NCBI GenBank assembly: GCA_009914755.4
Contig: CP086569.2
Location: forward strand, 26,848,001 to 26,912,000
Length of the DNA stretch: 64,000 nt
Direction of reading: 5' to 3'
Source: the human T2T-CHM13v2.0 reference genome, Homo sapiens
The notes under the pieces are model-generated. The model saw nothing but the letters and a program-made list of their open reading frames with translations, had not been told where the DNA came from and ran no database searches. Shown here piece by piece: positions 12,538 to 31,900 of this stretch (its first letter is position 1; each line of letters opens with the position of its first letter). The translations under genes and the position numbers were made by a program.

Positions 12538-14063
12538 TGAGTAGCTTGGATATTCTCTCTAGAAGTGTTCTTTGGATTTGTGTGTTGGTAGGTCATCCTC
12601 TTCTGGTTCATTGACTGGGAGAAAACAGTATTTCCTTGAAGCCCTTTTTATCTGTGCCTATTGGACTTTGTCAATTAGAAGCTTCTACAGTCCATCATCT
12701 GGGATACATGAAAGACCTAAAAATCCCAGTAAATTTACATACTGTCACTCTTCAAGTTGTGAAGTCCCTAGAGAAAATGTCTTTCTCTTTCTACTTTTCA
12801 GAGTCTGTGTTTCCCTTCTGACATTATGTCAGAAACATTGGTGTGTTGCAGTGTAACTGGGAATTCTAAAAAGTGAAAGTTATAGAAAGGCTTTTAAAGT
12901 ATCATGCAAAGAAATCATAGGAAGATAATATTACAGAGAATGGCATGATTAGATATACCTACAATGAACTGATTGTATAAAATAAAGTTTTCACCAAAAT
13001 TAAATAATCTCAAAGAAGTTTTTATAATATATGTGAAATATATGTGAAATAGCCAATGATTTATAGCATATAAATAATATAGGACAGTGAAGAAAAGATA
13101 GAATACCTTCCATACACTTGGAAAAATAATACCATTGGCAATGTTTTCAGAAAATGTAAGCAAAAATATGTCTTGCTTCAACTGCAGAAGGGATATAGTA
13201 ATAACACCTTTCTCAGAGGTTTTCTTTGTTAAGTAACAAGTGATTTGATAGAAATCAAGCACTTATTTCTAGCTCTCTGGAGCAAAGTGAAAATTTGCAA
13301 AAGCAACTCTCATGACACCCAGAGACTATAAGTGTAAGACAAAATTATTTTTTAAAAATTCAAACTCACTATCAAGAAAAACATCATTTCTGAGGTTTGG
13401 ACTCCAATAATATTGGTTGAGATTAACCTTAGTAGTTTGTTGAAGTAGTCAATTGAAGAGTAAAGTTGGATATACTCCCAGGAAAGAAACCATTTCTTTG
13501 TTCAAGAGGGCTGGACCCCCTGCCTAAATCATTGGTGAAAGTTCATATTGCTCAGACATTTAGTGGGAACATTTGAGTCAATACTGAAAGCCATGCCCAC
13601 AGATACTGGGATCTAACACAGAATGAGGTTTTTACTCAAAGCCATGACTTAAAATTTCATATCTCAACCTCTATCCAGTGTGATATTCTAGACTGAAGAG
13701 ATGATTTTCATATTACCTGAAAGATACAACTACCTTAAAATAAGAAACTGGAATAAAATACTAGATTGAACAATTAAGTTCTTAAAAACCTGAAAAGATT
13801 AACATAAAACTGCCCACCCACCAATAATAACTTTACATTTAAAAGGTTAACTTTCATTTACCACTTCAAAGACAACATTGCAAAATCAATGTTGGAAGTT
13901 CCATGCCCTAAGAGATAGTCAAGATGCTTAGGGGTCACCCTCAAAAATGAAAAGTTAAATCAAAAGAGTCTTCATAATAACTAGGGTTAGGTGTTTTTGG
14001 GGATGAAGAAATGGAATCTAAGGGAAAAACAAGTGGGTAACAGGATACAAATTTTTTAAATAG

Positions 14064-14414
<351 letters not shown>

Positions 14415-17400
14415 TGTTTGTTTTTTATACAGAAGATTCAGCATAAATATAGCAAGAATAAGTAATTTCCTAAGTAGATGTGAAAGTAAGGTTGCCAGAT
14501 GTAGGGGGAAAATACAGGAATTTAAATATCACATTTTAATTTGAAATTTGGCAATGTATTGACAAACAACAAAGAATTATATTTCAGTATAAGTCTGTCC
14601 ATGCAATATTGAGAATATTACTAAATTACAAAGCTATTGAGAATTATACTAAAATGCTGTTTGTTGTTTATTTAAAATGAAAATGTAACTGGGAATCCTT
14701 CATTTTATCTGGTGGCCATACATGAAAGGGAAGTTATGAAAGTTGAGCTCAGATTAGGAAACTTTCATCTGCATTTAAAAAAAACACCATGAGACAAAAA
14801 TGTTTAGAAAGGGCAACAGGCAGAATACAAAAATTATCTCTACACAGAATATTATTCCACATATGTTTTTGTTACTTAGAGATACATTTTTCAACTTATG
14901 AAGACTATGCAAATATCAAAGACCTATCAAAACACCAAGGAAAAGAAGAATAAAGGTTTCCTTGTTTCCTTTTTTTAGCAAGAAGAATAAATATCCAAAT
15001 GAAAGAGGTATTACAAGAATTTTTTATGAGGCTAATAAATGTGTTACTTTGTTAGAAAAAAGTTAACTAACTGGGTTCTACTGATAAGCTAAGAAAGTTT
15101 AGAAATATCGTGACAAATGTCAAAAGCAGGAAAAGAAATAAATATGAGTAAGAAAATTAAATCAACACAATTAGGAAAATAGGTGGCAGGTGGGGAAGGG
15201 GAGAGAAGAACTAAGGCAGATATGCCAAAGCAGAGACAAAGAAAATCTAGGGTAGAACAACTCTCTAATCAGATATTAGTTAGAGAGCTATGAGAGTAAC
15301 CATATTAGATGTAAACGGTTTATATTTCTGTGTTAAAATATAAAGTACTCTAATATTAGATTGAGAAAAAATTGCTTTTACCTAGAAATAATCACCCTGA
15401 AATATTGAAAATAAAGGTTTAGAGAAAATCAACAGGTATTTATCAAAAAAGTAAGGTCACTGATATTATACAAGGCAAAGGAGAGTTTTAAGGAAAATAC
15501 AAACAATAAAGAGGGATAATAAAATATAATTTATAAGGTAACAGACAAAATAAGAAATATCAAAATATGAAAATATATTTTAAAGATAATATAACAGTCA
15601 CAAATTTAAATGTCTCAGCAGCATTGTCTCAACCTACACCTGAGGCAAATTTTATGAATATCTATTTATGTAGACAAATCCCAATTGTAGTGAGAGGTGT
15701 TTAATATATTACTCACTTAGACTGATGAGTATACAGAAATTTAATAGTTAATAGATATACTTTGCAATGTTTATGTACTTACTTTTCTTCAGTTTTTTAA
15801 AGTGAAGCCTAGTAGTAGAGCACATTTTCAGGATTTGACAGCTCTGCTAGTAGAGAAAGAATTAATACAGAATAACCCTCATCCCCTTTAACATCAAGTC
15901 TATCTAATCTAAGTAGCACCTTGCTTTACCTTCTGACATGCTTACTAGTCATCATGCTCAACCTTCTTTTCCAGATCCACTTTCTCATGATACTGTCTTC
16001 TAACTGGCTTACATGGATGCCAGCAAAATGCAGGCTTACCAGGGTATCAAAGCAAAGAAAGAACACGAACTGCAAGATATCCAGTTTCTCTAAAAGGAGT
16101 AACTCACTTCTTACACATAAATGTTTGCCAGAGTGTTTCAGCCAACACATTGACAGCTCTGACAAATTATCAGACAACTGCTCTGCATTACAGATGTATA
16201 TCCCACCAAACTAAAGTAGACGTTCAAACACCTTTCTGTCTCAAGCTGCTGAGATGTAGCTCCCGGAATACCTTCCAGTGAGTACATCTTTTTCTTTAGA
16301 GCAAATATTGCAGGTTATATGTTAGCAATTTTAAAAGGTAACACTTTGACAAAATGACCTTTCACTCTGGAAATTTGTGGCACATTCACATTTGCTGCTA
16401 GAACATTTCTCTCAAGACACTCAATGGAATATGTGATACTCTTTGATAAGGACCTGTGACATGCCAGCATCAAAAGATGAGATGATAAATTCATATATAT
16501 GCTATCTATTCTCAAATAAGTGTTACCTACATAGGAAATAAAGTGAAATTGGTGTGAAGTTTCAATTCTGACAGCTGGCACTTATTAAACTTTGGCGCAT
16601 AAGTAACGTGATTCATCTCATGACTTTTTAAATTAGCTTTCTCTCCGAAGTCCGTGTCCCATTAATTTCCTCAGCCAAGAAGAAAATATTTTTCAATAAT
16701 CCTAAAAGTAGGTACAATTCTGCTGACTCTACTAGATACTCTAAAAAATCTAGATTCAGACTCATTGACAAGAATTCCAGAAGCACTTTTATAATAGGTT
16801 TTATTTCAACAAAATACTGATCTAGTTTTTATTATCCTTGAGAAATAAATGTCATCTCTGCCTTAAAGAGTATTTGGTATACATTTTTCAGAATTTATAT
16901 CAAAACCAATGACCTAAATATCTTTCACAGAATTTCGTTCTATGTATTTTTTTAAATTAAGAATTTTTACCTCACCAAAACAACCACCAGTTTAAACTAT
17001 TTTTCAGTGCTCTGGGTAAACAGTTTCACATCCACTATCTAAAACCTAATTTCAAATTGGCCAAAGATCTGTAACCTTTGACTTCTATAGACTTGAAGAT
17101 GTAAGTAATTTAAATTAGGGTTGGTATTTCATTTTCTTCTTATCTAAATCTTAATTCCTTGGAATAACAAAGTTTGGTGTTGCATAAGAAAACTTCCTGA
17201 GTTTAAGACATTTTCAAAAGAAATTTGCCTTCTGCCTTATTGTATTCCAGATATTCAGTGACTATAGTTACAGTGTGTTAGTGATGGTAAATTCTGTGCA
17301 GTTCTTTATGAAATACTCTACATAACTGTTAGGTACATCAGTGTTTTTCAAATGGGCTGCTTAATACAGGATCCATTGTGTATATTCACCTTAAAATTTA

Positions 17401-18949
17401 ACTTGTGATTTGGCTGTTTCCTGGATTTGAGAGCACCACATGTGCAGAAATGTACTCAAAATTAAGAAAGGAAGTACAATTTTATATGGATGCTATTAAA
17501 TTTGAACATCAAGTATCACATGTATCAGTGGGTTTTTCTTTTTTTTTATTTTTATTTTTTTGGTTACTCTATAAAAATGCCTGTTTGGGATTTTTTAATT
17601 TTAACTGAGAGAAGTTCTCTTCTGTATAGAACAAATATTCCAAAATAGTTACGTGTTTTGTTTTCCTGTTGCATGACAAAATTAACTATTATTTCCAGCA
17701 ATGGTGGTGCCTTCAGAGTCCAGTATTGCAGAAGATGTAGTGCCTCAAGTCTAATTTTAACTTTCTAATTCTGGTAGCTATTGTCAGAAACTTTTGAAAG
17801 CTTTGTTTATGTAGCCTTATTTTTTATGTAAAGAGAATTAAATTTTGCTATGTATAATTTTTTGTAATCTAACAGTTAATCCACATTGTCAATCAGTGTC
17901 AAGGGCTTCCTATTGTTCTACTCAAGTGTTACAATAAGTATTTGTAGATAATAGTTAATCCTTGTCTATGCTTATTTTAAAGATCTATATTGGTGAAAAT
18001 AGTTGTGGATATATTAAGAGAAATGAAATAAAAGTATAGCTTCATTCACTTGCCTTTTTACTTTATACAAATCTTATCTTTCTTTTTCCCTAGTATGCTG
18101 TGACTTTTGAATAATGTGCGTAGTAAAGATTTCACACTGGTGTGGTAGTCAAGTCTGTGAGTGCTACTTGGTTTATTTCTGGAAAATTTTCTTCAGCCAT
18201 TTAAGAAAATATTATAATCTACCGGGCTGTACTGGGTATAAAAGTGCCAAAAGCACTTCTGTAGTTTTCTGTATATAGTAAGTACTTTCCTGACTAGTTT
18301 TGAAACAAATAAAAGCCACCTACCTATGAGATTAACAAGGCTTAAACTTGTGCAAATTACAAGCAATCAGTGCCCATGTGTAGTTGTTTATTTTTCAAAT
18401 CGATGGTATAAAAATTGAAAGATTTACTCAGAAATATAGAGCAACCAGTTCTAACAATTACTCTCTAGAGTTGCAGAGCTAAATATGTTACTCAGAGTAT
18501 TATTATATAATGTTTTTCAACTCCTTATTTGTCAATATAATTCTGAATTTGGATTGTCCGCATCTGACCTTTTTTAGTGAGGCCTAGCCTTTGTCACTAT
18601 TGACACATGCCTACTCTTCATTGAGGTGCTGACTCTGGATCATCATCCTTTATTCATACATGACAGAAAAACAGTCAACAGTTCAATTAGTGTGCTATTT
18701 GTCACCTTCCTTTCTTCCTACTTTTAAGTAGCATTTTGTGCAATTATTTAAGTCACATGAATAGACAGGAAACTAAATAATACATAGATGTGATCACAGG
18801 CAGCCTCTAAATTATCCACAGTGATTCTGCCAAAAAACCTAGGACAATCTACAGGTTTCAGTAGAGATTTTTTTTTCCAGTTCTGCATTGTAAACGTTGA
18901 TTTTTAGAAAATAAAAATGAAATCAATTGTAAAGAAGGAGCCGTGTGTT

Positions 18950-21900
18950 TTAAAATTAATGAAACACTTGAAGCCCATTCATTAAGTATGAGGACCAATG
19001 GTTCCACAATAAAGATGCTATCTCAGTACCTTCCTGCTGCAATAACACAATACATTGGACTGGGTAACTTATAAAACCAGAAGTAAATTTCTTACAGTTT
19101 TAGAGACTGAGAAGTCCAAGATCAAGGCATTGATGGTCTCCATGTCTGGTGAAGGCCTGGTCTCTGCTTCCAAGACGGCACCTTGTTGCTGCCTTCTCTA
19201 GAGAGGACAAATACAGTGTCTTCTAATGGTGGAAGGGCTAAAAAGCTTTGTTAGTTCCATTGAGTTCTTTTATAAGGTCGCTAATTGCTCTCTTATTTGC
19301 CTCCCAAAATCTTGAATTTTTACTTCTACCATTCTGGGGTGTTTAAATTCCAACATATAAATTCTGGAGGGACACAATTACTAAAGCCACAGGCATCAAA
19401 TGCAAAGACCAGAGGCAATATTGTACTATTTCTAATGCCTAGAAAAATCTGTATTTTAGTGTTCAGGTAGAAAACAGAAATGTGCTGGGAAAAATGGCCT
19501 CTTGTTTTACAGAAGGCAGCCCAGCTCTTCAGAGGAAAGAACACAGCTCACCCTTCCCAAATATAGGCCTAGATTTGACAAATAAGATAGGTTAAACACA
19601 TTTAAAAATTTGAGACCAAAATAAGAATGTTTTTTAAAAAGAACAGCTCCTTTTAGTGTAATGAATGAGACATTTTATGACTGGAAAAGGGGTTTCACTT
19701 GACTCGATTATTCTTGGTTCATACACTATAGTATCAAATGCAATTAGGAAAAAACAAATACACTGGATTACACAGTGATTTCTATCGAGAGTTTTGTCTG
19801 ATGACAGAGAAACATTTACAAAGGGGTAAATGTTATGTATCTTCTCATTATATTTGCAATAGAAGCTGGAGAGCAAACCTGGTTTTCAAGAGTGATCTGG
19901 TCCTTCATGAGAAAATCCTGTTCAATTACCAAAGGGGAGACAAAAATTAAAACGTAAAAATTTTGAAAATTTGTGTCAGATTTATTTGGTATCTTTGTAA
20001 TGTTCTCAATTTATTTTCTGGGGAGTTTCTGGTCTTGCTTATCAATTATATTAGGATCAATTTCACAAGTTAGAAAATCCAATCCTTTCTTTTTATAGTC
20101 AGTAATTCTGACTGATTCAATAACTTCTTACAGGCAACCTCAAATTTCTAACCATTTCTTTTGGCTGAAAAAATAAGCAATTAACCGTTCACACATAAAA
20201 CACAGTGTGGGGAAACCAAGTCCATTTCAACTTTGTCACTAGATTGAAGCATGTCTATAGGGAGCCTTCCTGAATCACCTTTCTTGAGCTCTGATTACCT
20301 GGGGGAAAGGGAAGAATTTTGAAATTAGGTATGCATTAATTTTATGAAATACTTGGCTAAGAACCATTTTTGAAACATACATGTAATTTGAAAGCCTAAA
20401 AAAGCAGTGATTTATAAACACAAAATTTAGCAAGCACATCAAAATAAACCATAAGGTATGCATTTAACACCATGATGCTTCTGACATATAAAATATTAAT
20501 GTCAGTACTAATGTCCTTGTTATATGATAATAGTTTTTTTTCTCTTGGTCCTAAAACAGTGAACCACCCTACCTTACAAATTTTGACAAACTAAAATCTC
20601 TTAAATATTTTATCTTAAGAATGAAATATTTTATCTTAAATGTTTATCGGAAGAGTAATACCTTTAAAAGACTCGAGGTTCCATCTGAACTTTCGATTTT
20701 TTATGCTTTTCACCTTTTTGTCTTCAACGGAGAAGAAAGATTACTTGGATGTGCATTCTTGTTTCGAGAAGTAAAAATAAACCACAGAAGCCCTGTGTGT
20801 CCCCGCCCACAGTGTGTGTGCCAGTGAACTAATTTTTCATAATGGAAGTCATTCCTATCATCAATGGAAAACAAATAGATCATCTCAATGAAGGAAGCCA
20901 TTAATTTCCCTCAAGTGTCCTGCGCTTTAGATTTGAATTAACCAGGAATCCAGGGAACATTCTTATGTTACAGTAATTCAAGCAAGACTTAACAAGGTTG
21001 TTAAGTGGACAGAGTAATCCATCTGATAGGACAAGAATCAGAATACAGATGTGAAGAAGAGAACCTGAGGAAAAAGGGGTGCAGCATACGCCCCTGGAAG
21101 CAAACTTGGACTGGCAGCCATCTCCACCTTTGGGTTCTTCTAGTACCAGCTAGCTGACACTGACAGCCTCTTCCTTAAACTCTGATTTCAAAGCAACATT
21201 CTGAAGCAAAGCACAGTCTACTTTTTTACAGCCTTATTTAAGGATCAGATGAGAATGCACAAAAATTACCTTCAAAAACAACCATTTACTACCAAACTCC
21301 TAAGCTGCATATTCTACACAGCATTTCTCACTGCTTGTAAGACAAGAAGAGGACAGGGATTCCTTTTCGGGCACCTGCCACTCCTCTGAATTTGGACACT
21401 AATTGACTCCCTTCACTCACCTCAATGTAGTTACTAAAGGTGAACAATGCAGCAACTTGTACAGAGAATTAAGTCATAATTATTACCCTTTCTTGATCCA
21501 GTTTTTCTAGTTCCCTCTGTTCCCTTTCTAAAATGTAGGTTACTCTGCCTTTTTTTCTTCTCTCTGCCTTCATTCTTTCACTTGCTGTTTCCACATTTTT
21601 TTCTTCTTCCTTTTGTTCTTCAATTTCTTTCTGATCTAGATCTAATAGAACAGAAAATAAAGAATTGCTGCCTGTATCACATTGTTCAAATGAATGCAGG
21701 ACCATTCTGCAGGAGTCCTTGCCAAGATCCGGAGAGACTCTGCTGGGCTTTTGGTTGACATGTGACCTGCTTCAAGTTGCTCTTCCCTGTTCATTGACTT
21801 CAGGCCCCCAATCCCACTCCTTGCCACTGCATTCCACTTCACTTGGCTGAGATGAATACAAGTCACCCTCATCATGGCCGACTCCAACTGACATATCCTC

Positions 21901-24340
21901 CCTCCATGTCACAGGTTCTTGTCCTTTACACAGATCTCCTTTCTCTTCTTGAAAGCAAAGCCTACATTTCAACCTCTGCCTTTCATTATAATACCTCTCC
22001 TATCTGTATGACCCTGACTGAGCCACTGATCCCTATTTCTATACAGATCAGTTTTATAATTCTTACTCCCATAAAGATGCTCAACTCTGTTCTACTCTGA
22101 AAAACAGAACAGACATCAAACCCCTGCACTCCCCCAGCCATTCTAGCCATCTCACTGTTCATTTCCCACTTCCTCCAAATGGACAGCAGCCCTTCCTGGG
22201 GTTTTCACTATTATTCAGATAAGGATCCTTTCCATATCTTTTCCTCTATTCCTGCTCTCTTCACCTACCCTTGCATCCACAGTTCTGATAGTTTTCTACT
22301 ATACACATGTGAAATCCCCACAATACCAGCTTCATCATGGGTGTGATCATTCTAGTTTTTTGTTTTGTTTTGTTTTTTTGTTTTTTGTTTTTTTTTTTTT
22401 TTGTCATGCTCTTTCCATCCTCCATCTGCCCAGCAACCAGCGCTGGCACATTCATATTCCCTGTATTTCAGCTGCAACAGGGGTCTTCCACACCATCTCC
22501 CTGAAATACTTAAACAGCCCAGTCAGGACTCTCCTTGAAGTCAGTCTGTACCTTCTAGTAACTTGTGATCATTTCTACCAGGCATTTCCTGAGGCATTTC
22601 CTGTGTATCTGCTGTGCAGTGTCTCTGCTCTGGTAGAATTCAACACCATGGTAGTATGGGCTCCAATAATCTGCCTTTATCTTTCCATATCGATTTCCTG
22701 TAACACCACCAGCTTTGTACTAGAAATATTTCATCTCTCTCAACCCACTCACTGGGGCCTGGCCATGGCTGTGTCTTCCTTGCTTGTCATTTGCCTTTAC
22801 TGTATCCTCAGCCTGTATTAATCCCATGCTGTCATAAAGCCTGATATGACCTAACTGAAATGATAAAACCTAACTGAAATGTCATCTCCTCCTTATTTCT
22901 GAAGGGACAAGTAACCAAACCAGTCCAGCACCTTACTTGCACGATATCTTGCACCTGCTTCTTGAAAACCTACAGATACTTGTTTCGTCCACTTCTATTT
23001 TATCCAGGGAATGCCCATGTTTTAATAAATTGTCTCTTCCCTTTGCATCTTGGCACAGATCTCTGCATCTCACATGTTTAATTACATCTCATGCTCAGAA
23101 ACAATTTTACTGACCTTTCTCTTCAAGTTCTGACACGTAACTTATTTTTTTATAAAGCTAGCAATGCTAATAACAAGAAAAATTCATAGGCTTACAGGAG
23201 GATTCTGCACCCTTTTGCTCTTCCTTATTTTAAAGTCATCAGCAGGGAGTTAGTTAGTTTCACGAATAAGAGAGAAGCAACACAATTTTTTCTCTCATTA
23301 CCACCCATCTCGTCTCAATACTTCTGATGAAATTAAAATACAAAAAGGGACAATTTCTGCAGACAGAAATGCAACTTCCTCCTTGTTTAAAGAAGAAACA
23401 AAAGTTACTCTAAAGTGAGATTGCTTTCTTATGTGGAATAGTATTCTCAAAATAGCAATGTTGTTTAAGCACATTTATATTGAGAAATAAATAGGAAGAA
23501 CAAACTACTTTTCTACTCTGGTGTGTATTTTGCACCTGTATGGTGGAATACAGAAATGTCTTTGGACACAAAGGCAAAGAAATAAAGTATGTTTATTGGG
23601 TACCTCATAGCAGAGACAACAAATTTCAGCCTTTTCCATATCATCTGTGCCCATGCAGAGGTGAAATGATGAATATAAAAATTTCTCAATAACAACTATG
23701 TTACTCGCTATGCTGCTTAAAAATTTTAAGGCAAATATTATAATGTACATTCTCTCTGAGAGGTAGAACACCTTGTTACTCAGTTGATTTCGTTTATTCT
23801 ATCATGTTATTTTTATTCCCTTGCTTAGGCCTGTGAAAAATGGCTGCCTGTCAGAAACTCCCTCTTGTGGCCATGTCACCTATGCATCAGCTGCAACCGG
23901 TTTCTTCTGCAGTCCTGGGTAATGGCTTGCTGACCATCTGCCTCAATGTCTAGAAATCAGGAAGACAAAGGCTTGGTTTGGTTCACTGTTGTATGTTCAG
24001 CCCCAAGGAAAGTGCCCAGCAGACAGAGGCTCTAGATCAAGTCTCACTGAGTGCTTTCCAAAGCAGATTTACTCGGGAATCAGCAAAACACAATTTCTCA
24101 AAATCCCTTGCCTATTTAAGTAATTCTATGTGTTCCTCAGTGCCATGAATACACCCAAAAAACTGCTAACCAGACGTTTTGGTAATGTTTTGAAGAAGAT
24201 GTATTTTCAATATTTGTGGGGAACAAAGAGGTGGCTTAACTTGAGAAATTATCTTTCATATTTGAGGATTAAACACTTTGATCCCAAAAGAAAGGATCCT
24301 GGATGTTTGCTCAGCCCTGGAACAAAAGTGCAAAGCTCCA
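18950..24340. repeat. Paralogous block copy B; larger than copy A because of an extra ~1.1 kb (≈19700-20800) and an extra ~0.95 kb (≈21185-22165)
   Basis: See copy A. Also contains a poly-T/(GTTTT)n expansion at 22353-22412 that is absent from copy A. Confidence 0.8.
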
Positions 24341-24521
24341 ACATCTCTCTTCCCATCTCCCTCCATCTCCAGCAAGGAAAGTTGGTAATCTTAAAGAAGG
24401 CTGGAATAAGAAAGTGGGACAGACAAGAGAAGTCTGATGGCCAGTTTTTGTATAGTGCTAAGTTAAACCAGTGTTACAGCTTTTCCAAAAATTGAAATAC
24501 GAAATCTATTTCCCCAATTCC

Positions 24522-27720
<3,199 letters not shown>

Positions 27721-27721
27721 C

Positions 27722-27978
<257 letters not shown>

Positions 27979-28832
27979 AAGAAATACATTCTCTAAAATC
28001 ACTCATTTTAAATCTGATAAGTTAATGATGTATTTATGAGCTTAGCTCAAACTCTGAAATTTGTCATGCTGAGATTTTTAAAAGTAAACAGACACAACCA
28101 TAAAAAGTTTCATGATAGGAAAATGAGGTGATGCAGCTGTACTTGTAGTTTTATCACAGAATAAAAATGTTCCAATTTGTAGCTGCTTTTTTTTAATACC
28201 AATAGATATGTTTCACCAAAACTAATTTTTCTACAACTTCAACTTATAAAAACTGATACTTATGTTGAAACTTACCTTTAAAAGGTGAGTCAAATTAGTC
28301 ATTGTCCTTAAAATTTAGCTTGTTGACAACTGAAAATTCACTTTTGTCTTGAAGTTCCCTCTGTCTGTGGTAAAGGCTAGATTGGAAAAATAAAATTCAT
28401 GAATATGAAGTTCTAATAATGGAAAACCCAAGAGCATCAGGTGGCAAAAATCCTTCTGTTACTCAAGAAAATGCTCTGAAAAATTTCTTTTCTCTTTTTT
28501 TTGTAAAGATTACTCCACCTCACCACCATCATGAGGCACTGTTCTCAGCAATTAATACCTGCTTACTCAGTTACTCACTGTAACTATGTTATACTGTGAA
28601 GTGGGTACTACAGTTGTTAAGGAAGAATAATGTTGGACTCTGAATGCTACTCCTAGGAGTTTACTTTTTCAATAATGATAAAACATTTCCAAAACAATTT
28701 CTGCATATAATCAGCATGAGCCAGATGAGGAGGCATTAGCAAAAAATTGAGTGAACAGAGTGCCCTACTTAGCATATGTGTGTGTCTTATCCTTCCTTTT
28801 CGCTTATCACAAGTACAAAAAAAAAAATAACC

Positions 28833-28968
28833 TGGCCATGTGTGGTGGATCATGCCTGTAATCCTAGCACTTTAGAAGGCTGAGGCTTGCAGATTACTTG
28901 GTCAGGAGCTTGAGACCATCCTGGCCAACATGGTGAAAACCCGTCTCTACTAAAAATATAAAAATTAG
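28833..28968 (+). mobile_element. Alu left half (plus strand), interrupted after '...ctactaaaaatataaaaattag'
   Basis: Alu 5' monomer sequence. Its continuation is found at 41042-41208. Confidence 0.85.
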
Positions 28969-31900
28969 GTGGAGCCAAGATGGCCAAATAGGAACAGTTC
29001 CAGTCTACAGCTCCCAGCAAGAGCGATGCAGAAGATGGCTGATTTCTGCATTTCCAACTGAGGTACCGGGTTCATCTCACTGTGGAGTGTTGGAAGGTGG
29101 GTGCAGGACAGTGGATGCAGCATAGTGAGCATGACCCAAAGCAGGGTGTGGCATCACCTCACCTGGGAAGTGCAAAGGGTCAGGGAATTCCCTCCCTAGT
29201 CAAAGAAAGGGGTGACAGATGGCACCTGGAAAATCAGGTCACTCCCACCCTAATACTGCACTTTTCCAATGGTCTTAGCAAATGGCATACCAGAAGATTA
29301 TATCCTGTGCCTGGCTCAGAGGGTCTTATGCCCAAGGAGCCTCACTCATTGCTAGCACAGCAGTCTGAGATTAAACTCCAAGGGGGCAGCGAGGCTGGGG
29401 AAGGGACACCCATGATTGCTGAGGCTTGAGTAGGTAAATAAAGAGGCTGGGAACCTCGAACTGGGTGGAGCCCACCGCAACTCAAGGAGGCCTGCTTGCC
29501 TGTGTAGACTCCATCTCTGTGGGCAAGGCATAACCAAACAAAAGGCAGCAGAAATCTCTGCTGACTTAAATGTCCCTATCTGACAGCTTGAAGAGAGTAG
29601 TGGTTCTCCCAGCATGCAGCTGGAGATCTGAGAATGGAAAGACTGCATCTTCAAGTGGGTCCCTGACCCCCAAGTAGCCTAACTGGGCGACATCCCCCAC
29701 TGGGGGCTGACTGACACCTCATACAGCAGGGTACTCCTCTGAAACAAAACTTCCAGAGGAACGATCAGGCAGCAATATTTGCTCTTCACCAATATCCGCT
29801 GTTCTGCAGCCTCTGCTGCTGATATTCAGGCCAACAGGGTCTGGAGTGGTCATCCAGCAAATTCCAACTGACCTGCAGCTGAGGGTCCTGACTGTTAGAA
29901 GGGAAACTAACAAACAGAAAGGACATCCACACCAAAACCCCATCTGTATGTCACCATCATCAAAGACCAAAGGTAGACAAAACCACAAAGATGGGGGAAA
30001 AAACAGAGCAGAAAAACTGGAAACTCTAAAAATCAGAGCACCTCTCCTCCTCCAAAGGAATGCAGCTCCTCACCAGCAATGGAACAAAGCTGAATGGAGA
30101 ATGACTTTGGCCAATTGAGACAAGAAGTCTTCAGACAATCAAACTACTCCAAGCTAAATGAGAAAGTTCAAACCCATGGCAAAGAAGTTAAAATCCTTAA
30201 CAAAAAAATTAGACGAATGGCTAACTAGAATAACCAATGCAGAGAAGTCCTTCAAGGACCTGATGGAACTGAAAACCAAGGCAAGAGAACTATGTGATGA
30301 ATGCACAAGCCTCAGTAGCAGATCAGTTGGAATTTGCTGGATGACCACTGCTGTATGAGATACAGCTACTACTGGATCTGCACTGAATCTGCTACTGGAT
30401 CAACTGGAAGAAAGGGTCTCAGTGATGGAAGATGAAATGAATGAAGTGGAGAAGAGAAGTTTAGAGAAAAAGGAATAAAAAGAAACAAAGAAAGCCTCCA
30501 AGAAATATGGGAATATGTGAAAAGACCAAATCTACATCTGATTTGTGTACCTGAAAGTGACGGGGAGAATGGAACCAAGTTGGAAAACACTCTGCAGGAT
30601 ATTATCCAGGAGAACTTCCCCAATCTAGCAAGGCAGGCCAATATTCAAATTCAGGAAATACAGAGAACACCACAAAGATACTCCTCAAGAAGAGCAACTC
30701 CAAGACACATAATTGGCAGATTCACCAAAGTTGAAAACAAGGAAAAAATGTTAAGGACAGTCAGAGAGAAAGGTTGGGTTACCCACAAAGGGAAGCCCAA
30801 CACACTAACAGCTGATCTCTCAGCATAAACTCTACAAGCCAGAAGAGAGTGGGGGCCAATATTCAACATTCTTAAAGAAATGAATTTTCAACCCAGAATT
30901 TCATATCCAGCCAAACGAAGCTTCATAAGTGAAGGAGAAATAAAATCCTTTACAAAGAAGCAAATGCTGAGAGATTTTGTCACCACCAGGCCTGCCCCAA
31001 AACAGCTCTTGAAGGAAGCACTAAACATGGAAAGGAACAACCAGTACCAGCCACTGCAAAAACATACCAAATTGTAAAGACCATTGAGGCTAGAAAGAAA
31101 CTGCATCAACTAACAAGAAAAATAATCAGCTAATATCATAATGAAAGGATCAAATTCACACAAAACAAAACCAAAGCCAAAATGGACAAATGGGATCTAA
31201 AGAAACTAAAGAGCTTCTGCACAGCAAAAGAAACTACCATCAGAGTGAGCAGGCAACCTACAGAATGGGAGAAAATTTTTGCAATCTACTTATCTGACAA
31301 AGGGCTAATATCCAGAAGCCACAATGAACTCCAACAAATTTACAAGGAAAAAAAAAAAAAAAACCCATCAAAAAGTGGACTAAGGATATGAAGAGACACT
31401 TCTTAAAAGAAGACATTTATGCAGCCAAAAGACACATGAAAAAATGCTCATCATCACTAGCCATCAGAGAAATGTAAATCAAAACCTCAATGAGATACCA
31501 TCTCACACTAGTTAGAATGGCAATCATTAAAAATCAGGAAACAACAGATGCTGGAGAGGATGTGGAGAAATAGGAACACTTTTACACTGTTGGTGGGACT
31601 GTGAACTAGTTCAACCATTGTGAATGTCAGTGTGGCAAGTCCTCAGGGATCTAGAACTAGAAATACCATTTGACCCAGCCATCCCTATTACTGGGTATAT
31701 ACACAAAAGATTACAAAACATGCTGCTATAAAGACACATGCACACGTATGTTTATTGTGGCACTGTTCACAATAGCAAAGACTTGGAACCAACCCAAGTG
31801 TCCAACAGTGATAGACTAGATCAAGAAAATGTAGCACATATACAACATGGAATACTATGCAGCCATAAAAAAATGTTGAATTCATGTCCTTTGTGGGGAC

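Noticed and set aside
16610-16625. 15-bp identical string 'aagtaacgtgattca' shared between 16610 and 47680
   Set aside because: The flanks are not similar. It is most likely a chance match or an unrecognised ancient repeat fragment, and too short to call.
22309-22821. 170-aa plus-strand ORF in paralog block B
   Set aside because: It contains a long poly-Phe run ('FLFCFVFLFFVFFFF') translated from the poly-T/(GTTTT)n microsatellite. It has no start context or domain, and copy A lacks the equivalent frame.
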